From NCBI GenBank assembly GCA_964195395.1, contig CAXMPP010000001.1, positions 1 to 57,847 of the forward strand: a DNA stretch of 57,847 nt, given 5' to 3'. The notes beneath the pieces were generated by a model. That model was not told where the DNA came from and ran no database searches. It saw only the letters and a list, made by a program, of their open reading frames with translations. The stretch is from an uncultured Thermodesulfobacteriota bacterium (lineage in GTDB: Bacteria > Verrucomicrobiota > Verrucomicrobiia > Verrucomicrobiales > Akkermansiaceae). Made by a program: the position numbers and the translations under genes. The number at the start of each line of letters is the position of its first letter. Position 1 is the first letter of the stretch. Positions 40,598 through 48,968 of the stretch are shown in pieces.

Positions 40598-40963
40598 CGC
40601 AAAATTTCTCATGCAGCCGCATTCCTCCCTCTCAGCCCAGAAGCTTTTTTCTTAGATCTCGCAGGCTGAACATTTTGGCCTAACCTGCATGCCTCCTCGC
40701 ACCGGTCGTTCGCTTCTGATGCAATTCGAGTCGCCCTTCTTTTATTTTATAGAAATATCCCACAAAGCTATAATTCACCTCACTCCCCCCTGCTTGAGAG
40801 CAAGTTTATTAGCCAGATGTAGAGGAATGCGCTTGCTGAGTTGAGTGAGTAAAGACAGTTTGGATTTAGCTGGTTTATTTATCACCTGGCCGTTCCTCAG
40901 TGGGTCGACCGCCAGCTACTTCCTAAAAAGTAAATAGCCTATGGAATGGCTGTGATATATTTC

Positions 40964-42445
40964 ATGAAATTTATACCTTTATTGACGATAGCTAGTGCGG
41001 TGGGATTAGTTTCTCTACGAGCAGCAGACAAACCTAACATCATCTTCATCTTTGCCGATGACATGGGGGTGGGCGATGTGTCACATACCACTGGAAAAGC
41101 AGCGACTCCTGCGTTGGACCGTTTAGCTAAAGAGGGCATGCGCTTTACTGATGCACACACGACATCATCGGTTTGTACACCATCGCGTTACGGCTTGATC
41201 ACTGGTCGCTATAATTGGAGAACGCGACTGCAGAAGTCGGTTTTCTTCACTCCACATGATAAGCCCCTTATCAAAAAAGGAGAGTCAACCGTGGCGTCAT
41301 TGCTCAAAGAGAATGGCTACAACACTGGGGTGGTAGGGAAGTGGCACATGGGGATTGGCTGGCAATTCAAGCCCGAGAGCAACCCAAAATCTGAAGACGG
41401 ATGGGATGTGGATTATTCCAAACCCGCAGTCACCCCCACCGCGAATGGATTTGATTATTTCTATGGAATCCAAGCCTCTCTCGATATGGCCCCCTATGTC
41501 TACATTGAGAATGATAAAGCGGTGGCTATTCCCACAGTGACCAAAGCTTTTTTCCGAAAAGGCGCCGCCACGCAGGACTTCGAAGCCAACCAGTGTCTGA
41601 AAGTATTTGCGGGAAAGTCTGTTGATTTCATCAATCAGAAAGCAAAAGAGGATAAGCCCTTTTTTCTCTACCTTCCACTGACCTCGCCACACACACCCAT
41701 TGTTCCAAGTAAAGCTTGGTTAGGTAAGTCGAGCATCGGCAAGTATGGCGATTTCCTAATGGAAACTGACTGGGTAGTTGGCCAGGTGTTAGAGGCTTTA
41801 GATGAAAATAAAATCTCAGAAAACACGCTGGTTATATTCTCAACAGACAACGGATGTTCGCCAGCAGCGAAGATTGGGGAGCTTGTGAAAATGGGGCACA
41901 AGCCGAATGGCGACCTGCGCGGTCACAAGGCTGATATCTACGAAGGCGGACACCGTGTTCCTACTATCGCCCGTTGGCCAAAGGTGGTGAAGGCTGGTTC
42001 AAAAACTCAAAGAATCACCTCACTCGTAGACTTTTATGCGACCTGTGCCGATATCGTAGGAGCTGAGCAAAAGGCTACAGAAGGAGTTGATTCAGTTTCA
42101 TTTTATCCAACTCTAGAAGATCCAGCCAAAGTAGACCGTGCTCCTATCGTGATGCACTCTATTGGAGGCATGTTTGCTATCCGCCAAGGCCTGTGGAAGC
42201 TTTGCTTCTGTGGTGGATCTGGTGGTTGGAGTACTCCGAGAAAAGCTAAAAAGGGTGATCCAAAGTGGCAGTTGTTCGATCTAGAAGCTGATCCTGCTGA
42301 GACGACTAATCTGTACACAGAAAACCCAGAAAAAGTAGAACAGCTCCACGCCTTGATGAAGCAGTACATCCAACAAGGAAGAAGCACTCCGGGTGCGGCT
42401 CAAAAGAACGATGCCGAAATCGTTCTCATTAAAGAGAAGGGGTAA
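40964..42445 (+). CDS. Arylsulfatase (formylglycine-dependent S1 sulfatase), exported
   Basis: KPNIIFIFADDMG, CTPSRYGLITGRY, GKWHMG, PH-P, DNG, KA-IYEGGHRVP. Confidence 0.96.
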   Translation: MKFIPLLTIASAVGLVSLRAADKPNIIFIFADDMGVGDVSHTTGKAATPALDRLAKEGMRFTDAHTTSSVCTPSRYGLITGRYNWRTRLQKSVFFTPHDKPLIKKGESTVASLLKENGYNTGVVGKWHMGIGWQFKPESNPKSEDGWDVDYSKPAVTPTANGFDYFYGIQASLDMAPYVYIENDKAVAIPTVTKAFFRKGAATQDFEANQCLKVFAGKSVDFINQKAKEDKPFFLYLPLTSPHTPIVPSKAWLGKSSIGKYGDFLMETDWVVGQVLEALDENKISENTLVIFSTDNGCSPAAKIGELVKMGHKPNGDLRGHKADIYEGGHRVPTIARWPKVVKAGSKTQRITSLVDFYATCADIVGAEQKATEGVDSVSFYPTLEDPAKVDRAPIVMHSIGGMFAIRQGLWKLCFCGGSGGWSTPRKAKKGDPKWQLFDLEADPAETTNLYTENPEKVEQLHALMKQYIQQGRSTPGAAQKNDAEIVLIKEKG

Positions 42446-42568
42446 TGTTCGGCTTCCGTGAACTGCTATTTAAATGCCGAACATGACATAGATCTTCTGA
42501 TCCAGAACCTTCACCACTCAGTTCCAGGGGCGGGACTCTGAGCGGGTAAGCTCGCGTGTTTCATCACT

Positions 42569-43603
42569 TCATTTGAGATCCATAAAAACTGGCAGATGGT
42601 CTATTTTTTCATGGCGGCCTTCTCGGCTTAACAGTATGGCCTCTCGCTCGACTCCATACTGAGCTAGGGTTTTCTCCGGAAGAATCAGGCTATTGAATAT
42701 AAAAGTCTGTTGAAGCTCCATAAAGCCCTTGGGTGCCAGGATGTGGTCAATTGTTCTGGTCGGTGGTTGAGGAGTCGATGTGCCGACTGTCCCGGACCAA
42801 GCGACCTCACCATAGGTCCCTCTGGCCTTGGAGCTCAACTGTCGTGGCCTTGGGTTGTGGAAATGGCTGAGCTTGCCGTCTCCCTCCACTGCATCCCGGG
42901 CCAATTTAGCGAGGATGTTGTAGGGTCTTTCGCTAGGAAGGCTGTTAAAATCACCACAGATCATAATTGGGGTTTGCTTGGGAATCTCAGGGTGCTCGCC
43001 CTGGCGAACCGAATCGATGAAGTCCAAGGTCCGTGTCGCCTGCTTGATTTGCACTTCCTTGGGTTTCGTGAAGAAGTGTAAATTGATCATCAAGAGATCG
43101 GCACCCACATCGTCTGGTAGATTGATCAACGCGGCCATCCCTCGGGCGTTTCGGATCGACCCGGACCAGAGGATCGGGTAGCGACTCAGCACCAATCGGC
43201 CTTTGCTATCAGCCGCGGCATGCCAGGTTTGCCCCGTGATTTTGGCGAAATGCTTACCGATAGCTTCAGCCGTGGTATCCGCTCCGTCTTCTTTACTGTA
43301 GATGATTTCCTGCATGGCCCAGATGTCCGCATGCGCCTTGGGTGCCCATGCAGAAAACCGGTTCAAGCGCGCCTCACCATCAATGCCTTTTCCATCAATC
43401 CACTCGCTGGTTCTGACCTCGCCATTGTCCCGAGGGAAAATCGAGGTCCAATACCCATTGTAAGAGACAACTCTGAGCCGAGTGTCTTCCACCCTATGAA
43501 TCCCCTTGGGCAACGCTTCCGTACCGCCATCAATCAGCTTGGCTTTTGCACTCATGCAGAAGCAGAGCCCAATGAAAAGAATGCTGGCAAACAGTTTGTT
43601 CAT
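42569..43603 (-). CDS. Endonuclease/exonuclease/phosphatase family protein, exported
   Basis: Signal peptide; VSYN, DI-AMQE, LSRYPI, GDFN, IDHI, DHLPV. Confidence 0.88.
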   Translation of the reverse strand: MNKLFASILFIGLCFCMSAKAKLIDGGTEALPKGIHRVEDTRLRVVSYNGYWTSIFPRDNGEVRTSEWIDGKGIDGEARLNRFSAWAPKAHADIWAMQEIIYSKEDGADTTAEAIGKHFAKITGQTWHAAADSKGRLVLSRYPILWSGSIRNARGMAALINLPDDVGADLLMINLHFFTKPKEVQIKQATRTLDFIDSVRQGEHPEIPKQTPIMICGDFNSLPSERPYNILAKLARDAVEGDGKLSHFHNPRPRQLSSKARGTYGEVAWSGTVGTSTPQPPTRTIDHILAPKGFMELQQTFIFNSLILPEKTLAQYGVEREAILLSREGRHEKIDHLPVFMDLK

Positions 43604-43807
43604 TTAGCGATATGGTTACTCTAATAGCCCCCTCCGCAAGACTATTTCGTTGAAATGGGCTCAGCCATCAACACCTATGTAGCTTCGAGTATTTATTCGA
43701 CGCTCCAAACAAGATAAAGGTGTCGCGCTCTAATGCCTAGTCCAGTTTGGCTTGCCGTGATCTGGTGTGCCGTATCCTAGAGACTCCACATTTTATGACA
43801 ACACGCG

Positions 43808-44668
43808 CTACTCGCTGGTCATTTTTTCTAGAGCTCTGCCGTAGTCGACGTAACTTTGGTAGCATTGGTCCCAGTCCACGCTATCGGATTTGGCATGGAA
43901 GACAGTGGCGACATGAGGCTCGATAGCCACAAAACCTTGATAATTTGAAGCCTTGAGATCGGCCATGATCTGTTCCACGTAGCCCTGCCCTTTACCGGGG
44001 AAAACGTATTCAGGCTCAACACCATCGCGCAACGGATTGAAGCAATCTTTAATGTGCACATGCACGATGTGCTCCTTCACGTCTTGATAAAACTTCCAAG
44101 CATCTTGCCACGGTTGCGGCTCGCTCATAGATCTATCCCGTTGAAAAACTGGGTTGCCTGTATCAAAAATGAGCTTCATTCCAGGCACCTTCTCGACAAG
44201 ATCTAAGGTATGCTGACTACTGAATCCTCCGTAGTTCATGCAGTTCTCGTGAGCAACCGTGATCCCAGCGTCTGTAAATCTTGCTACAATCTCGCGGAGC
44301 CTTTTGACCCTTTCGTCAAGGTATTGCTCCTCTCCCCAAGGCTCTTGAGCGTAGGACATCACGCGAACGATCTGGGTGCCAAGTTTTGGCATACGGTCGA
44401 TGCAGCGTTCGACTTCGCCAATCGTAATATTGAAATCAGAATGAATCGACTTTGCCCAAGTTCCAATGAGGGAACCAAATTCTGCGATCTTGATATCAGC
44501 TTCAGCCAATTGCTCTACCGCATTGTTAAATGCAGCATCGCTGAGGTCGTGGATGTTTTTCCCATCGATCCCGCGTGCTGAAATATACTGCCATCCCAGC
44601 TCCTGTGTCGCTTTGATTTGAGTAGCGAGGTCTTTTGCTGCTTCGTCAGCGAATCCTGTGAGTTTCAT
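43808..44668 (-). CDS. Sugar phosphate isomerase/epimerase (AP endonuclease 2 TIM barrel)
   Basis: GFADE, HEN, FDTGN, HVHIKD, G-G, IEPH. Confidence 0.9.
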   Translation of the reverse strand: MKLTGFADEAAKDLATQIKATQELGWQYISARGIDGKNIHDLSDAAFNNAVEQLAEADIKIAEFGSLIGTWAKSIHSDFNITIGEVERCIDRMPKLGTQIVRVMSYAQEPWGEEQYLDERVKRLREIVARFTDAGITVAHENCMNYGGFSSQHTLDLVEKVPGMKLIFDTGNPVFQRDRSMSEPQPWQDAWKFYQDVKEHIVHVHIKDCFNPLRDGVEPEYVFPGKGQGYVEQIMADLKASNYQGFVAIEPHVATVFHAKSDSVDWDQCYQSYVDYGRALEKMTSE

Positions 44669-44722
44669 GAAAATAATTCTATTATGTATGACTATGAGCT
44701 TTTGTGAGAACAATCCCTCAAC

Positions 44723-45769
44723 TTAGAGGCTCACCCATGCGCCGTCGTTACGCGCACTTTCATAGATAGCACAGATCACTTCTACAGCTTTTCTGGCTTC
44801 GTAGCCACTTACTGTGCAAGGGCGTCCTTGTTCGATAGACTCTACCACTTCTTCGAAGTTTCTCTGATGGCCTGTGAAGTTAATCGCGTTGGGGTCGTTA
44901 GCTCCCAAGCCAGCTTCCTCTCCGCCGACCATAAGGTTTGCGTGAACATAGCTGTCAACATCTTGCGCTTCCGCAAAGTCCCAGACTTTAAACTTCTCGT
45001 CAGCAAGGAATGCGCTGCCTTTATCCCCACAGATGTTCACTTCTGCTGGGTGTCCAGTGGAGGAGTAACAAGCGGTCGACCCTTGAATGACGCCTTTAGC
45101 GCCATTTTCAAATTCTAAAATAGCAACTGCGGTGTCCTCAACTTCTATGTTTTCGTGTGCCAGACACGCCATGCTTGCGGAAAGTCGTTTGACTGGCCCA
45201 ATGGTGTGGATAAGCTGGTCGACAATATGAACAGACTGATTCATCAGTGCTCCACCACCATCTAGTGCCCATGTGCCACGCCACCCTGCTGAGTCATAGT
45301 ATTCTTGTGATCGGAACCATTTGACGGAAGCTTCTACTAGAGAGAGCGTGCCAAAGCGTTTTTGATCGACCGCATCCTTCAGTACAACGACCGACTCATT
45401 GAAGCGTCGGTTAAGAATCGCGGCTAGCGTGACCTTATTTTTCTCCGCCGCTTCAATCATAGGAGCGATGCGTTCAGGTGTCACCTCAAGTGGTTTCTCA
45501 CAAATAACATGCTTGCCAGCATTCAGTGCAGCCATCGCAGGCTCCTGGTGAGTGCCTGATGGTGTGCCTATCGTGACTATTTCAAGCTCTGGATCGGCCA
45601 GAAATTCCTCCATTGTGGCATAACTCACGATGCCGTTTGCTTCCGCGTATTCAGTCGCACGCTCAGGGCTACGATCAAAACAAGAATGAAGAGTGCCGCC
45701 ACTCATCGCTTCGATTGCTTTTGCATGAAAGTTTGCGATCATGCCAGTTCCTATAATTCCAAATTTCAT
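44723..45769 (-). CDS. Gfo/Idh/MocA family oxidoreductase
   Basis: GIIGTG-IA, TPSG-H, CEKP, RF, WRGTW-LDGGGALMNQ--H--D. Confidence 0.95.
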   Translation of the reverse strand: MKFGIIGTGMIANFHAKAIEAMSGGTLHSCFDRSPERATEYAEANGIVSYATMEEFLADPELEIVTIGTPSGTHQEPAMAALNAGKHVICEKPLEVTPERIAPMIEAAEKNKVTLAAILNRRFNESVVVLKDAVDQKRFGTLSLVEASVKWFRSQEYYDSAGWRGTWALDGGGALMNQSVHIVDQLIHTIGPVKRLSASMACLAHENIEVEDTAVAILEFENGAKGVIQGSTACYSSTGHPAEVNICGDKGSAFLADEKFKVWDFAEAQDVDSYVHANLMVGGEEAGLGANDPNAINFTGHQRNFEEVVESIEQGRPCTVSGYEARKAVEVICAIYESARNDGAWVSL

Positions 45770-45794
45770 AATATATTCTTTTAAAAGATTTACT

Positions 45795-47405
45795 CTATGC
45801 TGCTTTATTCCGCTTCAAGAAGCCAAGAATTCCAATAACTGCGAGCGCTCCGAGTCCGGCCATACCAATCATTCCTGGAACTCCTTTAGCGCTGAGTGCC
45901 CAGATCGATGCGAACGATGCCGCACCAGCTGAGATGACCATGAGTAGATTGATCAAGCCTCTGCGCTTCGGAAGCTCGTCGCCCAATGCGGACTTCGAGT
46001 TCATCAACAGCAGAAAGGCTAAGTACGCGATCGGCAGCAAGGTTGTTGCTATCACCGATGCGGGGACTGCCATAGCAGCCTTGGCGTCGCCACTCCAAAG
46101 GTAAGGTGAGAAAAGCCCTGCAATTGCTGGCATCGAGGCTCCTAGTACGAAGTACTTCGAGTTGCCGACTTTGTTAAATGCTTCACTTATCGCGTAGCCG
46201 TTCATCATCATGTGAACGAGTAACGTGGAGACCGCCATCGCTAAAACGCCAATTCCAAAAATAACTTGAGCATTCTCGCCGAGGAAGGGCTTCAGTGAGG
46301 CTGCTAAGTTTTTAGCCCCTCTGTTCGCTAGCATCGCGGCGAGTTGTTTTTCTTCTAGTGCTAGTCCTTCACGATGGACGGCTTTAGCTTCTACGTCTAG
46401 TTCGGCAAAACCACCAACGTCGTTCTGAAGACGCTTATCGACCACCTTGTAATACGCACTTTCCATTCCTGGGAGTGGCTTACCGTCAGCGGTGATCATA
46501 TCAGCATGCTTGGCGTGAAATGAAGCCGCTGAGGCGATGACGAGCGCTGAGGCTCCAAGGACAAATGGCACAAACAAACCGAGCATGAGATCATAGCGCG
46601 AGAGTTCGCGGTGCGGTTTCCCCCAGCCTTTTTTCTTAAGTGAATACGGGAGAAGGAAGGTCATGTTGATACCCACTGCTGTTCCGAATGCTGCGATAAT
46701 TTTACTGCGCTGTTCTCCAGTAACGTACTCGGTCCAGTAACTAGCGCCATCACCAGTAGCTGAGATTGCCGTTGCTATCTGATCGGTGGGTCTAAAGAGT
46801 GCTGTAAAATCTGGGATAAGCCCTGAGAATAGACTGCTCCACTGCACGGCTCCCTTGGAAATAAGGGTCACGACCACTGCCATGAAGCAGAGGACGATTA
46901 CGCCGACTAGGGCTTTTAGAATATTATCAATGAGCGCTGCTGCTTTCGAGTTTTTCTGGGATATACAGATCAGAGCCATCCCGAGGACGAATAATGAGCC
47001 GGTGATGACATAGGGACCAGGGGTGAACCCTAGATTATCCTCAATCGCACCTCGACCTAACGAAAACTGAGCGGCACAGAATACGGTGTCCGCAATAACG
47101 GTCGCGATCAGCCAGCCCCATGCAAGAGTGGGTGAAACTTTCTTTTCCATCACGCGGAATGGCCGCTCATCACAGGAAAGTGTGACGTAGCTGATAGCTG
47201 ATAGCATGACAATGCCACAGAGCATCGCGAGTGGTTGTAGCCATAAAAACTCATAGCCACCAATCACTCCCAAATAGAGAGCTCCCACCAGAGAACCTCC
47301 CCCCAATGTCACCGCAGCCTGAACCCAACCTGGACCAGACATCTTGCCATAGATGGCTAATTTCGTACCAAACCCACCTTCTTTCGCTCTTGTTAAATCA
47401 TCCAT
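45795..47405 (-). CDS. NRAMP-like (APC-fold) transporter, substrate unknown
   Basis: About 11 TMs; GPGW-QAA-TLGGGS in place of GPG...DPGN; AVGINMTFLLPY. Confidence 0.75.
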   Translation of the reverse strand: MDDLTRAKEGGFGTKLAIYGKMSGPGWVQAAVTLGGGSLVGALYLGVIGGYEFLWLQPLAMLCGIVMLSAISYVTLSCDERPFRVMEKKVSPTLAWGWLIATVIADTVFCAAQFSLGRGAIEDNLGFTPGPYVITGSLFVLGMALICISQKNSKAAALIDNILKALVGVIVLCFMAVVVTLISKGAVQWSSLFSGLIPDFTALFRPTDQIATAISATGDGASYWTEYVTGEQRSKIIAAFGTAVGINMTFLLPYSLKKKGWGKPHRELSRYDLMLGLFVPFVLGASALVIASAASFHAKHADMITADGKPLPGMESAYYKVVDKRLQNDVGGFAELDVEAKAVHREGLALEEKQLAAMLANRGAKNLAASLKPFLGENAQVIFGIGVLAMAVSTLLVHMMMNGYAISEAFNKVGNSKYFVLGASMPAIAGLFSPYLWSGDAKAAMAVPASVIATTLLPIAYLAFLLLMNSKSALGDELPKRRGLINLLMVISAGAASFASIWALSAKGVPGMIGMAGLGALAVIGILGFLKRNKAA

Positions 47406-47554
47406 TATCGTTGTGTCTTAAGATTATCGATCATTCCATCAATGGAAACATTCATCACTGTGTACTTCGACAGCACCTGTTGGCACTCAAAGCTCAATTG
47501 GTCTAGCATCTAAGAATCCTGCACAAGAGCATGTCGACAAGCAATCACATGGTG

Positions 47555-47582
47555 CGCATCGGATCATTACATTTAACGACAA
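47555..47582 (-). promoter_or_regulatory. Candidate regulator binding site (copy 2)
   Basis: 20/28 identity to 40570-40597; lies in the divergent transporter/regulator intergenic region. Confidence 0.55.
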
Positions 47583-47660
47583 TTCATTTTCTATTGACTT
47601 ACACCAGCGCAGCTGTGATCACGTCGATATTACGACATTCAAATTTCAAATCACGACACA

Positions 47661-48815
47661 TTGAAAACTACGCACCAAAAACTCAAAATCCTCTTTCTTG
47701 GTGAGTCGTCTGGTTTCATTTCACGTGAAATCCTCAGAGGCGTACTCTCAATGCGCACCGAGGGCTTCAACTGGGACATCCGCTGTATCAGACCATCCAT
47801 TACCGCTGAGGAACTAGAAAAGCACCGCAAACAAGCAGGCTTCGACGGCATCATCGCTCGTGGGCTTACACCTGAATTGGCCCGCTCCATCGATCAACTC
47901 AATAGCCCCTGTATTTTCATCCGAGATACTGAAGATGAATCAGCAGAGTACATCAACGGCCCGCACGTAGACGACCAAGCCATCGGTCGATTAGCTGGCG
48001 AAGAATTCAGCCTACTCAATCTAGGCTACTGGGGTTTTGTCCACTGGGACGACGTAGTGTGGTCCGACGCGCGTCGAAGATCATTTCACTCCTATGCCAC
48101 AGCCAGAGCGGTGAACAATGAGACCCTCACACTATCTGCCGAAACGCGCCACAGCTGGGCAGCGGTCGAAGCTATCGCCAAATGGCTGGCCCCAATCCCG
48201 AAGCCTTGTGGAATACTTGCATGCAATGACCAAGCGGGCATCGACGTGATCAATGCCGCCAATAAATTAGGTCTCTCCATCCCAGATGAGGTGGCTGTCA
48301 TCGGCGTGGACAACGACAGACTCCTTTGTGAAACAACGAGTCCATCACTCAGCAGTATTGATCTCAGGAGCTTAGACATCGGCCGGGCTGCAGCCGTGGC
48401 GTTAGCCAAAGCTATGGGAGTTCTGGAACAAGACGCCCCCAGCATGCTACAACCCGCAAAGACAGTGGTGCGCGAATCCAGCCACGAGATCAACAAGTCG
48501 ATGCTCACCTACCAAAAATCTCTCGATTATCTAGCGGCCCAGTCGCTCAAGGGCACTAGCGTCACTAAGCTCGCAAGCGCCTGTGGAGTATCCCGCCGAG
48601 GACTCGAAAGAGCATTTGAAAAATGCACCGACACCAGCCCTGCGGCATTGATCCGAGAAATGCGCATCAAAGCCATCACCAACTTGCTACGAGATAAGTC
48701 CTCGTCGATTGAGAGCATCTCACAACAAGCTGGTTTCTCTGAAGCCTCTGGACTCTCGAATTTTGTCAAAAGAATGACAGGCAAGTCTCCTGGAGAGTTC
48801 CGCAGTGACGGCTAA
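47661..48815 (+). CDS. XylR-type regulator (periplasmic-binding-protein-like sensor plus AraC HTH)
   Basis: DGII, PKPCGI-ACND, IPDEVAVIGVDND, LSSID, SRR-LER-F, GF...F---TG-SP-EFR. Confidence 0.92.
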   Translation: MKTTHQKLKILFLGESSGFISREILRGVLSMRTEGFNWDIRCIRPSITAEELEKHRKQAGFDGIIARGLTPELARSIDQLNSPCIFIRDTEDESAEYINGPHVDDQAIGRLAGEEFSLLNLGYWGFVHWDDVVWSDARRRSFHSYATARAVNNETLTLSAETRHSWAAVEAIAKWLAPIPKPCGILACNDQAGIDVINAANKLGLSIPDEVAVIGVDNDRLLCETTSPSLSSIDLRSLDIGRAAAVALAKAMGVLEQDAPSMLQPAKTVVRESSHEINKSMLTYQKSLDYLAAQSLKGTSVTKLASACGVSRRGLERAFEKCTDTSPAALIREMRIKAITNLLRDKSSSIESISQQAGFSEASGLSNFVKRMTGKSPGEFRSDG

Positions 48816-48968
48816 TAGCAGTCCTCGCCCCCCCTCTAGCCCTTTTAAACCCTTAGGCTTACGACTTAGTCGCAAGCCACACTTTGATTTTGCTTGGAAT
48901 AGGACTAGATTCAGTCCACCACCGCTTCGCAGCAGCAACGTGTTGCAAAGCCAACCACTTCTAGAACC

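Noticed and set aside
42445-42484. Inverted repeat ATGTTCGGC/GCCGAACAT after the sulfatase
   Set aside because: Most simply a 3'-end hairpin between convergent genes
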